DNA of 62,223 nt, filler included, from Nemertoderma westbladi (lineage: Eukaryota; Animalia; Xenacoelomorpha): NCBI GenBank assembly GCA_032718475.1. It is 3 parts of 3 records of this genome, joined end to end, with 100 filler letters (N's around TTAATTAATTAA, not from the genome) between each part and the next. Parts side by side here need not be neighbours in the genome. Positions count along the whole stretch, not along the records: positions 46,287 to 62,223 come from JAUCBJ010002834.1; 2 more parts are not named here. One strand, written 5' to 3'. Both the position numbers and the translations under genes were made by a program. Each line of letters starts with the position of its first letter. The first letter of the stretch is position 1. The notes under the pieces were generated by a model. The model did no database searches. It had not been told where the DNA came from and saw only the letters and a list, made by a program, of their open reading frames with translations. Shown piece after piece: positions 51,301-62,223 of the stretch.

Positions 51301-54300
51301 GTATCATTCACTCAGTGTACACACACTAATCTGTCAGTATCATTCACTCAGTGTACACACACTAATCTGTCTGTATGATTCACTCAGTGTACACACACTA
51401 ATCTGTCTGTATGATTCACTCAGTGTACACACACTAATATGTCTGTATGATTCACTCAGTGTACACACACTAATATGTCTGTATGATTCACTCAGTGTAC
51501 ACACACTAATCTGTCTGTATCATTCACTCAGTGTACACACACTAATCTGTCTGTATCATTCACTCAGTGTACACACACTAATCTGTCTGTATCATTCACT
51601 CAGTGTACACACACTAATCTGTCTGTATGATTCACTCAGTGTACACACACTAATCTGTCTGTATGATTCACTCAGTGTACACACACTAATCTGTCTGTAT
51701 CATTCACCCAGTGTACACAAACTAATCTGTCTGTATGATTCACTCAGTGTACACACACTAATCTGTCTGTATGATTCACTCAGTGTACACACACTAATCT
51801 GTCTGTATCATTCACTCAATGTACACACACTAATCTGTCAGTATCATTCACTCAGTGTACACACACTAATCTGTCAGTATCATTCACTCAGTGTACACAC
51901 ACTAATCTGTCTGTATGATTCACTCAGTGTACACACACTAATCTGTCTGTATGATTCACTCAGTGTACACACACTAATCTGTCTGTATCATTCACCCAGT
52001 GTACACAAACTAATCTGTCTGTATGATTCACTCAGTGTACACACACTAATCTGTCTGTATGATTCACTCAGTGTACACACACTAATCTGTCTGTATCATT
52101 CACTCAATGTACACACACTAATCTGTCTGTATCATTCACTCAGTGTACACACACTAATCTGTCTGTAGGATTCACTCAGTGTACACACACTAATCTGTCT
52201 GTATGATTCACTCAGTGTACACACACTAATCTGTCTGTATGATTCACTCAGTGTACAGACACTAATCTGTCTGTATCATTCACCCAGTGTGCACACACTA
52301 ATCTGTCAGTATCATTCACTCAGTGTACACACACTAATCTGCCTGTCTGTATGATTCACTCAGTGGACACACACTAATCTGTGTGTATCATTCACTCAGT
52401 GTACACACACTAATCTGTCTGTATCATTCACTCAGTGTACACACACTAATCTGCCTGTCTGTATGATTCACTCAGTGTACACACACTAATCTGTCTGTAT
52501 CATTCACTCAGTGTACACACACTAATCTGTTTGTATGATTCACTCAGTGTACACACACTAATCTGTCAGTATCATTCACTCAGTGTACACACACTAATCT
52601 GTCAGTATCATTCACTCAGTGTACACACACTAATCTGTCTGTATGATTCACTCAGTGTACACACACTAATCTGTCTGTATGATTCACTCAGTGTACACAC
52701 ACTAATATGTCTGTATGATTCACTCAGTGTACAGACACTAATCTGTCTGTATCATTCACCCAGTGTACACACACTAATCTGTCAGTATCATTCACTCAGT
52801 GTACACACACTAATCTGCCTGTCTGTATGATTCACTCAGTGTACACACACTAATCTGTCTGTATGATTCACTCAGTGTACAGACACTAATCTGTCTGTAT
52901 CATTCACCCAGTGTACACAAACTAATCTGTCAGTATCATTCACTCAGTGTACACACACTAATCTGTCTGTATGATTCACTCAGTGTACAGACACTAATCT
53001 GTCTGTATCATTTACCCAGTGTACACACACTAATCTGTCAGTATCATTCACTCAGGTGTACACACACTAATCTGCCTGTCTGTATGATTCACTCAGTGGA
53101 CACACACTAATCTGTGTGTATCATTCACTCAGTGTACACACACTGATCTGTCTGTATCATTCACTCAGTGTACACACACTAATCTGCCTGTCTGTATGAT
53201 TCACGCAGTGTACACACACTAATCTGTCTGTATCATTCACTCAGTGTACACACACTAATCTGTTTGTATGATTCACTCAGTGTACACACACTAATCTGTC
53301 TGTATGATTCACTCAGTGTACACAAACTAATCTGTCTGTATCATTGACTCAGTGTACACACACTAATCTGTCTGTATCATTCACTCAATATACACACACT
53401 AATCTGTCTGTATCATTCACTCAGTGTACACACACTAATCTGTCTGTATGATTCACTCAGTGTACACACACTAATCTTTCTGTATCATTCACTCAGTGTA
53501 CACACACTAATCTGTCTGTATGATTCACTCAGTGTACACACACTAATCTGTCTGTATGATTCACTCAGTGTACACAAACTAATCTGTCTGTATCATTGAC
53601 TCAGTGTACACACACTAATCTGTCTGTATCATTCACTCAATGTACACACACTAATCTGTCTGTATCATTCACTCAATGTACACACACTAATCTGTCTGTA
53701 TGATTCACTCAGTGTACACACACTCATATGTCTGTATCATTCACTCAGTGTACACACACTAATCTGTCTGTATGATTCACTCAGTGTACACACACTAATC
53801 TGTCTGTATGATTCACTCAGTGTACACAAACTAATCTGTCTGTATCATTCACTCAATTTACACACACTAATCTGTCTGTATGATTCACTCAGTGTACACA
53901 CACTAATCTGTCTGTATGATTCACTCAGTGTACACAAACTAATCTGTCTGTATCATTCACTCAATTTACACACACTAATCTGTCTGTATGATTCACTCAG
54001 TGTACACACACTAATCTGTCTGTATGATTCACTCAGTGTACACAAACTAATCTGTCTGTATCATTCACTCAATTTACACACACTAATCTGTCTGTATCAT
54101 TCACTCAGTGTACACACACTAATCTATCTGTATGATTCACTCAGTGTACACACACTAATCTTTCTGTATCATTCACTCAGTGTACACACACTAATCTGTC
54201 TGTATGATTCACTCAGTGTACACACACTAATCTGTCAGTATTGATTCACTCAGTGTACACACACTAATCTGTCTGTATGATTCACTCAGTGTACACACAC

Positions 54301-55980
54301 TAATCTGTCTGTATGATTCACTCAGTGTACACACACTAATCTGTCTGTATGATTCACTCAGTGTACACACACTAATCTGTATGGATCATTCACTCAGTGT
54401 ACACACACTAATCTGTCTGTATGATTCACTCAGTGTACACACACTAATCTGTCTGTATGATTCACTCAGTGTACACACACTAATCTGTCTGTATGATTCA
54501 CTCAGTGTACACACACTAATCTGTATGGATCATTCACTCAGTGTACACACACTAATCTGTCTGTATGATTCACTCAGTGTACACACACTAATCTTTCTGT
54601 ATCATTCACTCAGTGTACACACACTAATCTGTCTGTATGATTCACTCAGTGTACATACACTAATCTGTATGGATCATTCAATCAGTGTACACACACTAAT
54701 CTGTCTGTATGATTCACTCAGTGTACACACACTAATCTGTCTGTATGATTCACTCAGTGTACACACACTAATCTGTCAGTATCATTGACTCAGTGTACGT
54801 ACACACACACTCATCTGTCAGTATCAATCACTCAGTGTACACACACCCATTTGTCAGTATCATTGACTCAGTGTACACACACCCATCTGTCAGTATCATT
54901 GACTCAGTGTACACACACTCATCTGTCAGTATCATTGACTCAGTGTACAGGTACACACACTCATCTGTCAGTATCAATCACTCAGTGTACACACACCCAT
55001 TTGTCAGTATCATTGACTCAGTGTACACACACTCATCTGTCAGTATCATTGACTCAGTGTACGTACACACACACTCATCTGTCAGTATCATTGACTCAGT
55101 GTACGTACACACACACTCATCTGTCAGTATCATTGACTCAGTGTACAGGTACACACACTCATCTGTCAGTATCAATCACTCAGTGTACACACACCCATTT
55201 GTCAGTATCATTGACTCAGTGTACACACACTCATATGTCAGTATCATTGACTCAGTGTACGTACACACACACTCATCTGTCAGTATCATTGACTCAGTGT
55301 ACAGGTACACACACTCATCTGTCAGTATCAATCACTCAGTGTACACACACTCATCTGTCAGTATCAATCACTCAGTGTACACACATCCATTTGTCAGTAT
55401 CATTGACTCAGTGTACAGGTACACACACTCATCTGTCAGTATCAATCACTCAGTGTACACACACTCATCTGTCAGTATCATTCAATCAGTGTACAGGTAC
55501 ACACACTCATCTGTCAGTATCAATCACTCAGTGTACACACACTCATCTGTCTGTATCACTCACTCAGTGTACACACACCCATTTGTCAGTATCATTGACT
55601 CAGTGTACACACACTCATATGTCAGTATCATTGACTCAGTGTACGTACACACACACTCATCTGTCAGTATCATTGACTCAGTGTACAGGTACACACACTC
55701 ATCTGTCAGTATCAATCACTCAGTGTACACACACTCATCTGTCAGTATCAATCACTCAGTGTACACACATCCATTTGTCAGTATCATTGACTCAGTGTAC
55801 AGGTACACACACTCATCTGTCAGTATCAATCACTCAGTGTACACACACTCATCTGTCAGTATCATTCAATCAGTGTACAGGTACACACACTCATCTGTCA
55901 GTATCAATCACTCAGTGTACACACACTCATCTGTCTGTATCACTCACTCAGTGTACACACACTCAACAGTCTGTATCATT
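48388..55980. repeat. 36-bp minisatellite, ~7.6 kb and ~200 copies, inside NUP214 intron 3
   Basis: (CTGTATGATTCACTCAGTGTACACACACTAATCTGT)n, with a variant domain from ~54780 onward. Confidence 0.97.
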
Positions 55981-56019
55981 TACCAAGGAATCAGTAAGAT
56001 CTCAGTCAGATTAGTAAGA

Positions 56020-56100
56020 TTCCAATCGACGAAAAATGTTTGTTGAACTCTTCAGCAATTTCATCCAATTCCTTCACGTCTATATCTGGTTGACCGTATC
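56020..56100 (-). mobile_element. Small LINE ORF2 relic
   Basis: Minus strand DVKELDEIAEEFNKHFSSIG resembles the 'IA..FN.YFS.IG' linker of CR1/L2 elements. Confidence 0.45.
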
Positions 56101-56316
56101 AACTCTGTGCAATACGGCATTTATTGTTGACGAGGTGTTTTTCATATTTTGACTGTGATATTGAAATTTTTGGGAATAATAATTTTTTATGCCGTACGTA
56201 TTGTATTGACAAAAGTATCGCTATAATATTTAAAAATTTTTTAAATTGTTAAGTGTTGGGTGATTTAGATATTTCCTATAAAGTTTTATATCTATTAGTA
56301 TCATTCCCTCACTCAC

Positions 56317-56565
56317 TTGTATTAAGTTTCCGGAATTGGTACCAACGACCAATTGCTTTCCCTTCGGACTCCAACACATTGCGGTTACGTTGAATATACT
56401 AGAAGCACCGACAATCTTGCACTCTGCGTCATCGCTAATCTGGTAACACACCAAGTAACCGGTATCCAGACAACAGGCCAGCACATTGGGAGTACCGGGG
56501 TTCCAGTGTAAATCAGCTAATAGTGCCTCCGGCTCGCGGCTTAGTTGCACAAACGCGTAGCATCC
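56317..56565 (-). CDS. NUP214: NUP214 exon 3
   Basis: DLHWNPGTPNVLACCLDTG...VTAMCWSPKGKQLVVGTNSGNLIQ; 249 bp, TAG| and |GTGAGT. Confidence 0.92.
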
Positions 56566-56716
56566 CTATAGAAATACTAAATAGGTTCAAATCAACACAT
56601 TCTGAAAACATGGAATCTACAACCAACACATCTGCACATGATATAATGTTAGTTAGAGTTACTGTAACGTAAACATATAATTCCAGTTTAGAAGTAATGA
56701 ATTAATTAAAACGAAC

Positions 56717-56916
56717 CGTTTTATTATTTGACGTTATAATTCTGAGATCATAGAATGCCACTTGTAGACCGGTATCTGTGGACTGTGTAACCACTGATAG
56801 AGTTAGTTCGTCGCAACTCAATGCTAAATGCGTTGGGGCATCTACCGTGAGTAGAGTCGATACAGGTTGTATGGAAGTGCAACTGGTAATGGTACGACTG
56901 TGTACAACCAAAACAC
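56717..56916 (-). CDS. NUP214: NUP214 exon 2
   Basis: PTHLALSCDELTLSV...VAFYDLR resembles recalled NUP214 'IHHLALSCDNLTLS...IAFFDVR'; phases consistent. Confidence 0.88.
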
Positions 56917-57336
56917 CTGCAATACAAACACTCACCTAAATGATCGTTGTGGTACCGGTACATTACTGCGGTTTGTAAACTACATGTAATCTGTAATATG
57001 ACATCTGTAATTCAAGGGTTGCCCAGCTGCCCAGTTCGCCAGTTGCCTTTAGCGGGGTGTGGGTCCGTGCTGCCGTGGTTGACTGGACGGATGACGGATT
57101 CACTCATACGTCTGTACGTACTGACGTACATCGGTACCGGTACGTACTGACGTACCGGTACATCATAAAATATCTGAATATACCCTACCAGCAGACCAGT
57201 AGGAGGTACTTGGTACTGGCTGACTGCTGACTGGCATAGGCAAATGGAAGGCAATCAATAGGGCCTATTACAGTACCTATTCTGCTATTAGAATAAGTCT
57301 GTAAGTTGATAGGCATAACTCAACAACTCAACTTAC

Positions 57337-57499
57337 CATCAGGTGAACCAATGAACATGAAACCAAACTTGTTAGAAATTACAAGGAGGTTCACAATTTT
57401 ATTATTTATATTATTCCACGGCTCTCCTAACTTAAATCGAGCTGCGTCTTTAAAGAAGAATTCTTGTAGCGATAATTCTCGTTCAGATGCGTCATCCAT
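57337..57499 (-). CDS. NUP214: NUP214 first coding exon
   Basis: ATG start; MDDASERELSLQEFFFK...NLLVISNKFGFMFIGSPD|GTAAGT resembles recalled 'PEREMKDFQF...SLLAVSNKYGLVFAG'. Confidence 0.88.
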
Positions 57500-58777
57500 T
57501 GCTATTCCTATTTGTCAGTTGGTGGTTTGTCTTCCTGCTGTCCTGCAATCCTGTCTTCTGGAATTGCTATTGCAGATTGAGTAGGCCAATTGGATTGGCA
57601 GATTGCTGGATTGGTAGGCCTAAAAAGTAAAGCTGCAAACAACAAGCAGCCAAAGACAAGAACGGCAACGGTGCCGGTACGGCTGTATGCTAGACGATGG
57701 ACGAAGACATTCAGGCCTACTGACTGACGTCTAGAATGATGACTGACTGACAGACAGAGGATGACGGATGCTGATGCTACAGTCAGACAGTGCTGTCTGG
57801 TCTAGCTGTGCTGCAGTGGACCGTACTACTGCAGTACTGCCCGAAACGCTTACTCAGTTACTGCAAAGAGGTGTAAGTCGGAATAGTCTACAGTATTCCG
57901 GGGCATCGCATGGTGTACAAAGTTATTACCATTACTATTTCAGTGAGTGTGGTTCAGAACGAAAATAAATCTTTATTCCAAAATTGTAACATTACTCAAC
58001 GCCGTTTGTATTAACCGCGAGTTGTTATTTAGCACTTTATAACTTTAGAGGACATTACAGTATTGTATTGGCATGTACATTTAGTATACCAAATTTCACG
58101 CTACAACCGAGTACCCCTCCCCCCCCGTTCTAACCCCCCTCAGATTCTACCCCCCCCCCCCCCCCCCCCGTTCTAGCGTTCTAACACCACCCCCCCCCCC
58201 CCGCCCCCAATTATTCTAAAAGTAAACAATTAACCATGCCCCACTTTACTTCATCAACCTAATGGCTCTACTAGCTTTGCTACTGCCTTTAGGTTGCCGA
58301 ATCTATTAGTATTACTATAAGTAATCATATTAAATATTGTGCGGTGTGAGGCTACTCGCATTGTTCGGTTTATCTGTTTATTGTTTATTTTGTCGATTTA
58401 TAGCAGTAAACCAATTAAAGGCCCGGGCTTATCCCGGTTTGAAATTGTATACGTTGTCATAACGTATGTATGTTGTCATAATATATATCTCCATAGGTTA
58501 TTCTGCTTGACTGGGTCTTGTTGCGGCTTTGCTTTTGGGACGGGGTGCTGATTGAAAGGGGGATTGAAGGGGGAACTGTCCCCCCTTTTCACTTTGAATG
58601 ATTTGCGGTTTTGTTAAATTTCTTGGATATAGTTGTTGTGATGCTAAAATTTAATTTGTATTTGATAAGGTATTATTTTATTTCATATTGTTTAGACCTT
58701 CAATTTTCATAATATTAGTTGAGTTTTTGTTTATACATTTGCTCTATAATATATTACTGTAGGCCAGTTCATATATC

Positions 58778-58880
58778 GGATTAGGATTCGGATTGAGATT
58801 CGGATTTGGATTGAGATTCGGATTCGGATTTGGATTGAGATTCGGATTTGGATTGAGATTCGGATTTGGATTGAGGTTCA
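58778..58880. repeat. Compound hexamer microsatellite (GGATTC/GGATTT/GAGATTC)
   Basis: Direct inspection. Confidence 0.85.
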
Positions 58881-59969
58881 GACTAGGAAGGATGGTTCTG
58901 TGGTATCAATAATAAATACATTAATTTATTAATGTATCTTACTAAATAATGATTTAATTTTGATGGTTTTTTTTAATATTGATTTAATTTTAAGGGGTGT
59001 ATTTTTCTAAATCTATTAAGACGAAAATTAAAAAATTTCAATTAATTAATTTATGCGTTACTTTGGGTCAACCTCAACAGTTACTGTAGTTATCTGAGAG
59101 TCGGTATCGGTTCTTACTGGAAAAATATTTGTTTGTTTGTTGTTTTACTACTCATAAACAACAAAACTTACCACTTTGAACGAAATGTAATTTTAATCAC
59201 ACATGTCAGTATGTACAGTATCTATCGATAGTGGAACTAGGTTTCCCTGCAAACCATAAAAGGTAATTTAAACCTTAAACTAACATTTATCTTAAAACAT
59301 TCAAAACATTTGAATTATGTTTGTGATAAGCGTTTGTACTCGGTGATTTTGTCTTGCCGATACAAGCTTAATCAACGTTTTGTTGAAACGTTTGAAACAA
59401 GCATAAATTATTAAACATTAATTTTGCTTTCTGCTTAAAAATTTTAAATAAAAGAAACATTAATCACACACTTATATTACATATGCGCGAGGCCATTTCT
59501 GTGTATGTGTGCATGTTCTGTGGGGGGGAGTATATATGAAAATATTTAATCCATAGTGATATGAGAGTATCCTTTATAATCTTATGGTGATGATCCACAA
59601 ATTCGCAATCAAATAGTTAGATTTATATAATTTATCATATTTCCAACCAAAATAGATTATTAATATTGATGAATCTACAAAGATTAATTCATTTTAAGAC
59701 CTTATAATTGGTCATTTGTAATTTTATATCTATACAAAAAAGCAATTACACACAAAAAGCAATTGAATCGTAAGGTTTATTTAATACGATCTGTAAAATC
59801 AAAAAATAATGTTTTGTGATTAAAAAAATTACCATGCACATAATAGAAGCGTAACACATTACATCGCCCATATATACGCTTTATATCAACAAAATTTAAT
59901 ATCAACATAGACAAAAGAAATTCATAATAAATGAATTCAAATGAAAAATCATCAAGAAATGAAAAAATT

Positions 59970-60138
59970 AATTCGCTTCCATTGGAACTAAATTCGCTTC
60001 TATTGGAACTAAATTCGCATCCATTGTAACTAAGTTCGCATCCATTGGAACTAAGGTCGCATACAATGGAATTAAGTTCGCATGCATTGGAACTAAATTC
60101 GTTTTCGTTTTTCTCTAGTTATTGGAACTAAGTTCGCC
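59970..60138. repeat. 21-bp minisatellite, ~7 copies
   Basis: AAATTCGC(T/A)TCCATTGGAACT units. Confidence 0.85.
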
Positions 60139-62110
60139 TACTACTACTACAGTACTACTAGGAACGGCATGCTGCATTGCAGCTGCATTAAGAATGCTGT
60201 GCCGGCTTGTCGACAAAATTGCGCCGCAACAACTCCCTATCACCCATGACATTTGCTAGATCATCCGCATCTTCAAGGCCAGTGTCCTTTAAGATGCGTC
60301 TCAAGAAAGTCATGGGCTGTCCACCATGCTTATTCACTCCATGAGGCTGCCAAAGTACAAGATTATGCACTGGCTGGTCCTCACGGCGAAAGCAATGTCC
60401 TGTACGCGGAGGCGATTTTGTTCTAGTGTCAAGCTTGGGGGAACCAATGAGACACCTCCAATGTTATATAGTGTCTGGTTGGAGATGTGTGCATTGTACT
60501 TGACACAATGAACCCGGCGTAGCATTCTTGTGAATGTGCCATCCAGAGATTTGGTGTCCTCAGCAGGTAGAAGCCAGCAAGGACTCCCATAGAGGAGTAC
60601 TGGAACTACTGCTGCTCTAAATGATCGGACCTTAAGTTTTTGATGAATTCTATGTGACTTCTAAATCCAGGAAAAGACCATTCAAGGCTGTCCATGCCTT
60701 TCCCTTACGTATTCGAAGAATCTCACCTTACTTCCGGATCCATGATCCCAGGTAACAGAAGTCGTCCACATGCTCAAGCATACCGTACCATCCTTTGTGC
60801 TTATGCTCATCCGGTCAGAGACTTGCTGGTGACTTTCAAAGTTAACTGTCAACATTTTGGTCTATTTCGAGTCAATAAAAAGACCAACACTAGAATCAGC
60901 CTGTTCTAATGAGCTGAGCTCCTTCTAGCGATTTTGAGAGTACTCCTAAGTCATCAGCAAAGACTAGATCAGTTAGGTACTCGGCAGGATTTCCTCGACT
61001 TCTGGAGCCAGTAGGTGGTGTTACCATCACACCATCATCATTATGATGATTTAAGGACATGCGTAGACCATAGTCAACCACAATTATGAACAAGAATGGC
61101 ACAAGTGTGTCTCCCTGGAGGACTCCCCATAACACTTAGAATGGTCTGTGTCACGGTCAACAGTATACACACATGTCGTCGAACCATCGTATACTGATCT
61201 GATTGCTGTAATAATTTCATCAGGAATCCCATATTATATTGAACATACGTGAGCGAGAGACTGAATCAAAGGCCGTGAAGAAGTCAACAAAGATAACAGC
61301 CAGATGTCAATCCTTCTAAGTGCCGAAATTGGCTCCATGGTCCCACGACCTTTACGGGACCTATTCTGATTTCGACGTAGCAGTCTCTCAGTGGGATCCC
61401 TGATGCGATTTAATATAATTCTAATGTATAGCATTGCATCAATCGAGATCAATGAGATTACCCGAAAAGAACCATGGAGTGTTAGGTTGCCCTTTTTGGG
61501 AACTGGAACCAACTTATTTGTTTTCATTTCTTATGGGACTCTTGTCGTTCTGTACATGTTTTCTATGATGGGATTAATGATTCAAACACTCAGGTATTTT
61601 AAAGACCTCAGGGGGGACACCATCTACTCCACTGGCACGATTGGTCTTAATGCTCTTTGCAGCAGCCTTCACTTCAGTAAAGGAAATATCGCCAATGGGA
61701 ATATCTGGGAGTACAGACTTAGACACTTTTACTTCTCTAAAGTTATCGGGCAATACCCTGTCATTATTGAGGAGCTTTTAAAATTGGGACTTTCAAATGG
61801 GAAGTTGATCGATTTCCATGCCTGGGATGATTTCCTGCTGTCGTCGGCATCATTGATGGCATCAACCTGTTGGTTTATAAGCTCCTGTAGATTAACATAG
61901 CACTGCCTGTTCAGTGATCTAGAAGCAGCCTTAACTGCATTCTTGGCCGCTGTAGTCTTTTTGAGCCGGGACTCTTTCTGCGCCTTATGGATGTCATTTC
62001 GGCACTTCCGAATTATATGGTTAGTCCAGGGGGCCTTTTTCCTTTTTCGAGGGTATACAGGAACTTTAACCCCATTAACAAGGATACTGGCTGCACTACC
62101 ATTAGGCAAG
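60138..62110 (-). mobile_element. Decayed RTE-like non-LTR retrotransposon (RT pseudogene)
   Basis: LVPVPKKGNL...FRVISLIS, GVLQGDTLVPFLFIIVVDY and LTDLVFADDL motifs across frameshifts; (TAG)n-like 3' tail at ~60138-60160. Confidence 0.85.
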
Positions 62111-62223
62111 GACTAACAAAATTGCATCTATATTGCCAATTTTATTGATTACAAACCTATACTGGCCATTGCTTTTGCCGCACTAGTGCCACTCTAGCTG
62201 TAGTTAATGGAGCTATACAGTAG

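Noticed and set aside
26878-55980. Possible CRISPR-like arrays
   Set aside because: Units are contiguous with no unique spacers, there are no cas genes, and the context is eukaryotic.
41699-56046. Repeat ORFs from the 33-bp and 36-bp arrays
   Set aside because: Intronic minisatellites with no unique N- or C-terminal coding context.
56295-56320. NUP214 36-bp array as a fourth donor-derived array (GTATCATTCCCTCACTCAC resembles GTATCATTCACTCAG)
   Set aside because: The match is short, the array starts ~340 bp from the donor with a LINE relic in between, and the unit contains no exon sequence.

Overview
Eukaryotic (metazoan, invertebrate-like) genomic DNA, AT-rich and intron- and repeat-rich. 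It consists of three contigs joined by artificial 100-bp linkers (44 N + TTAATTAATTAA + 44 N at 16183-16282 and 46187-46286). Contig 1 (1-16182) holds five in-frame exons of an ANKAR-like ankyrin/armadillo gene (+). Its introns carry transposon relics: a palindromic hAT-like MITE, a frameshifted Merlin/IS1595 element, and CACTA/Mirage, LINE and CRE fragments. Contig 2 (16283-46186) holds 15 consecutive phase-compatible exons of cytoplasmic dynein-2 heavy chain (DYNC2H1, -), with an intact intronless fumarylacetoacetase (FAH) gene nested antisense in one intron. Contig 3 (46287-62223) holds the first four exons of NUP214 (-), a Zator-like fragment and a decayed RTE-like LINE. The most striking observation is that three DYNC2H1 introns begin with tandem arrays whose unit is the end of the preceding exon plus the 5' splice site and the first intronic bases: 54 bp x ~81, 45 bp x ~133 and 42-43 bp x 7. 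This creates hundreds of decoy donor sites, each shielded by an in-frame stop. Gene identities rest on my recall of the homologous proteins, not on database searches.
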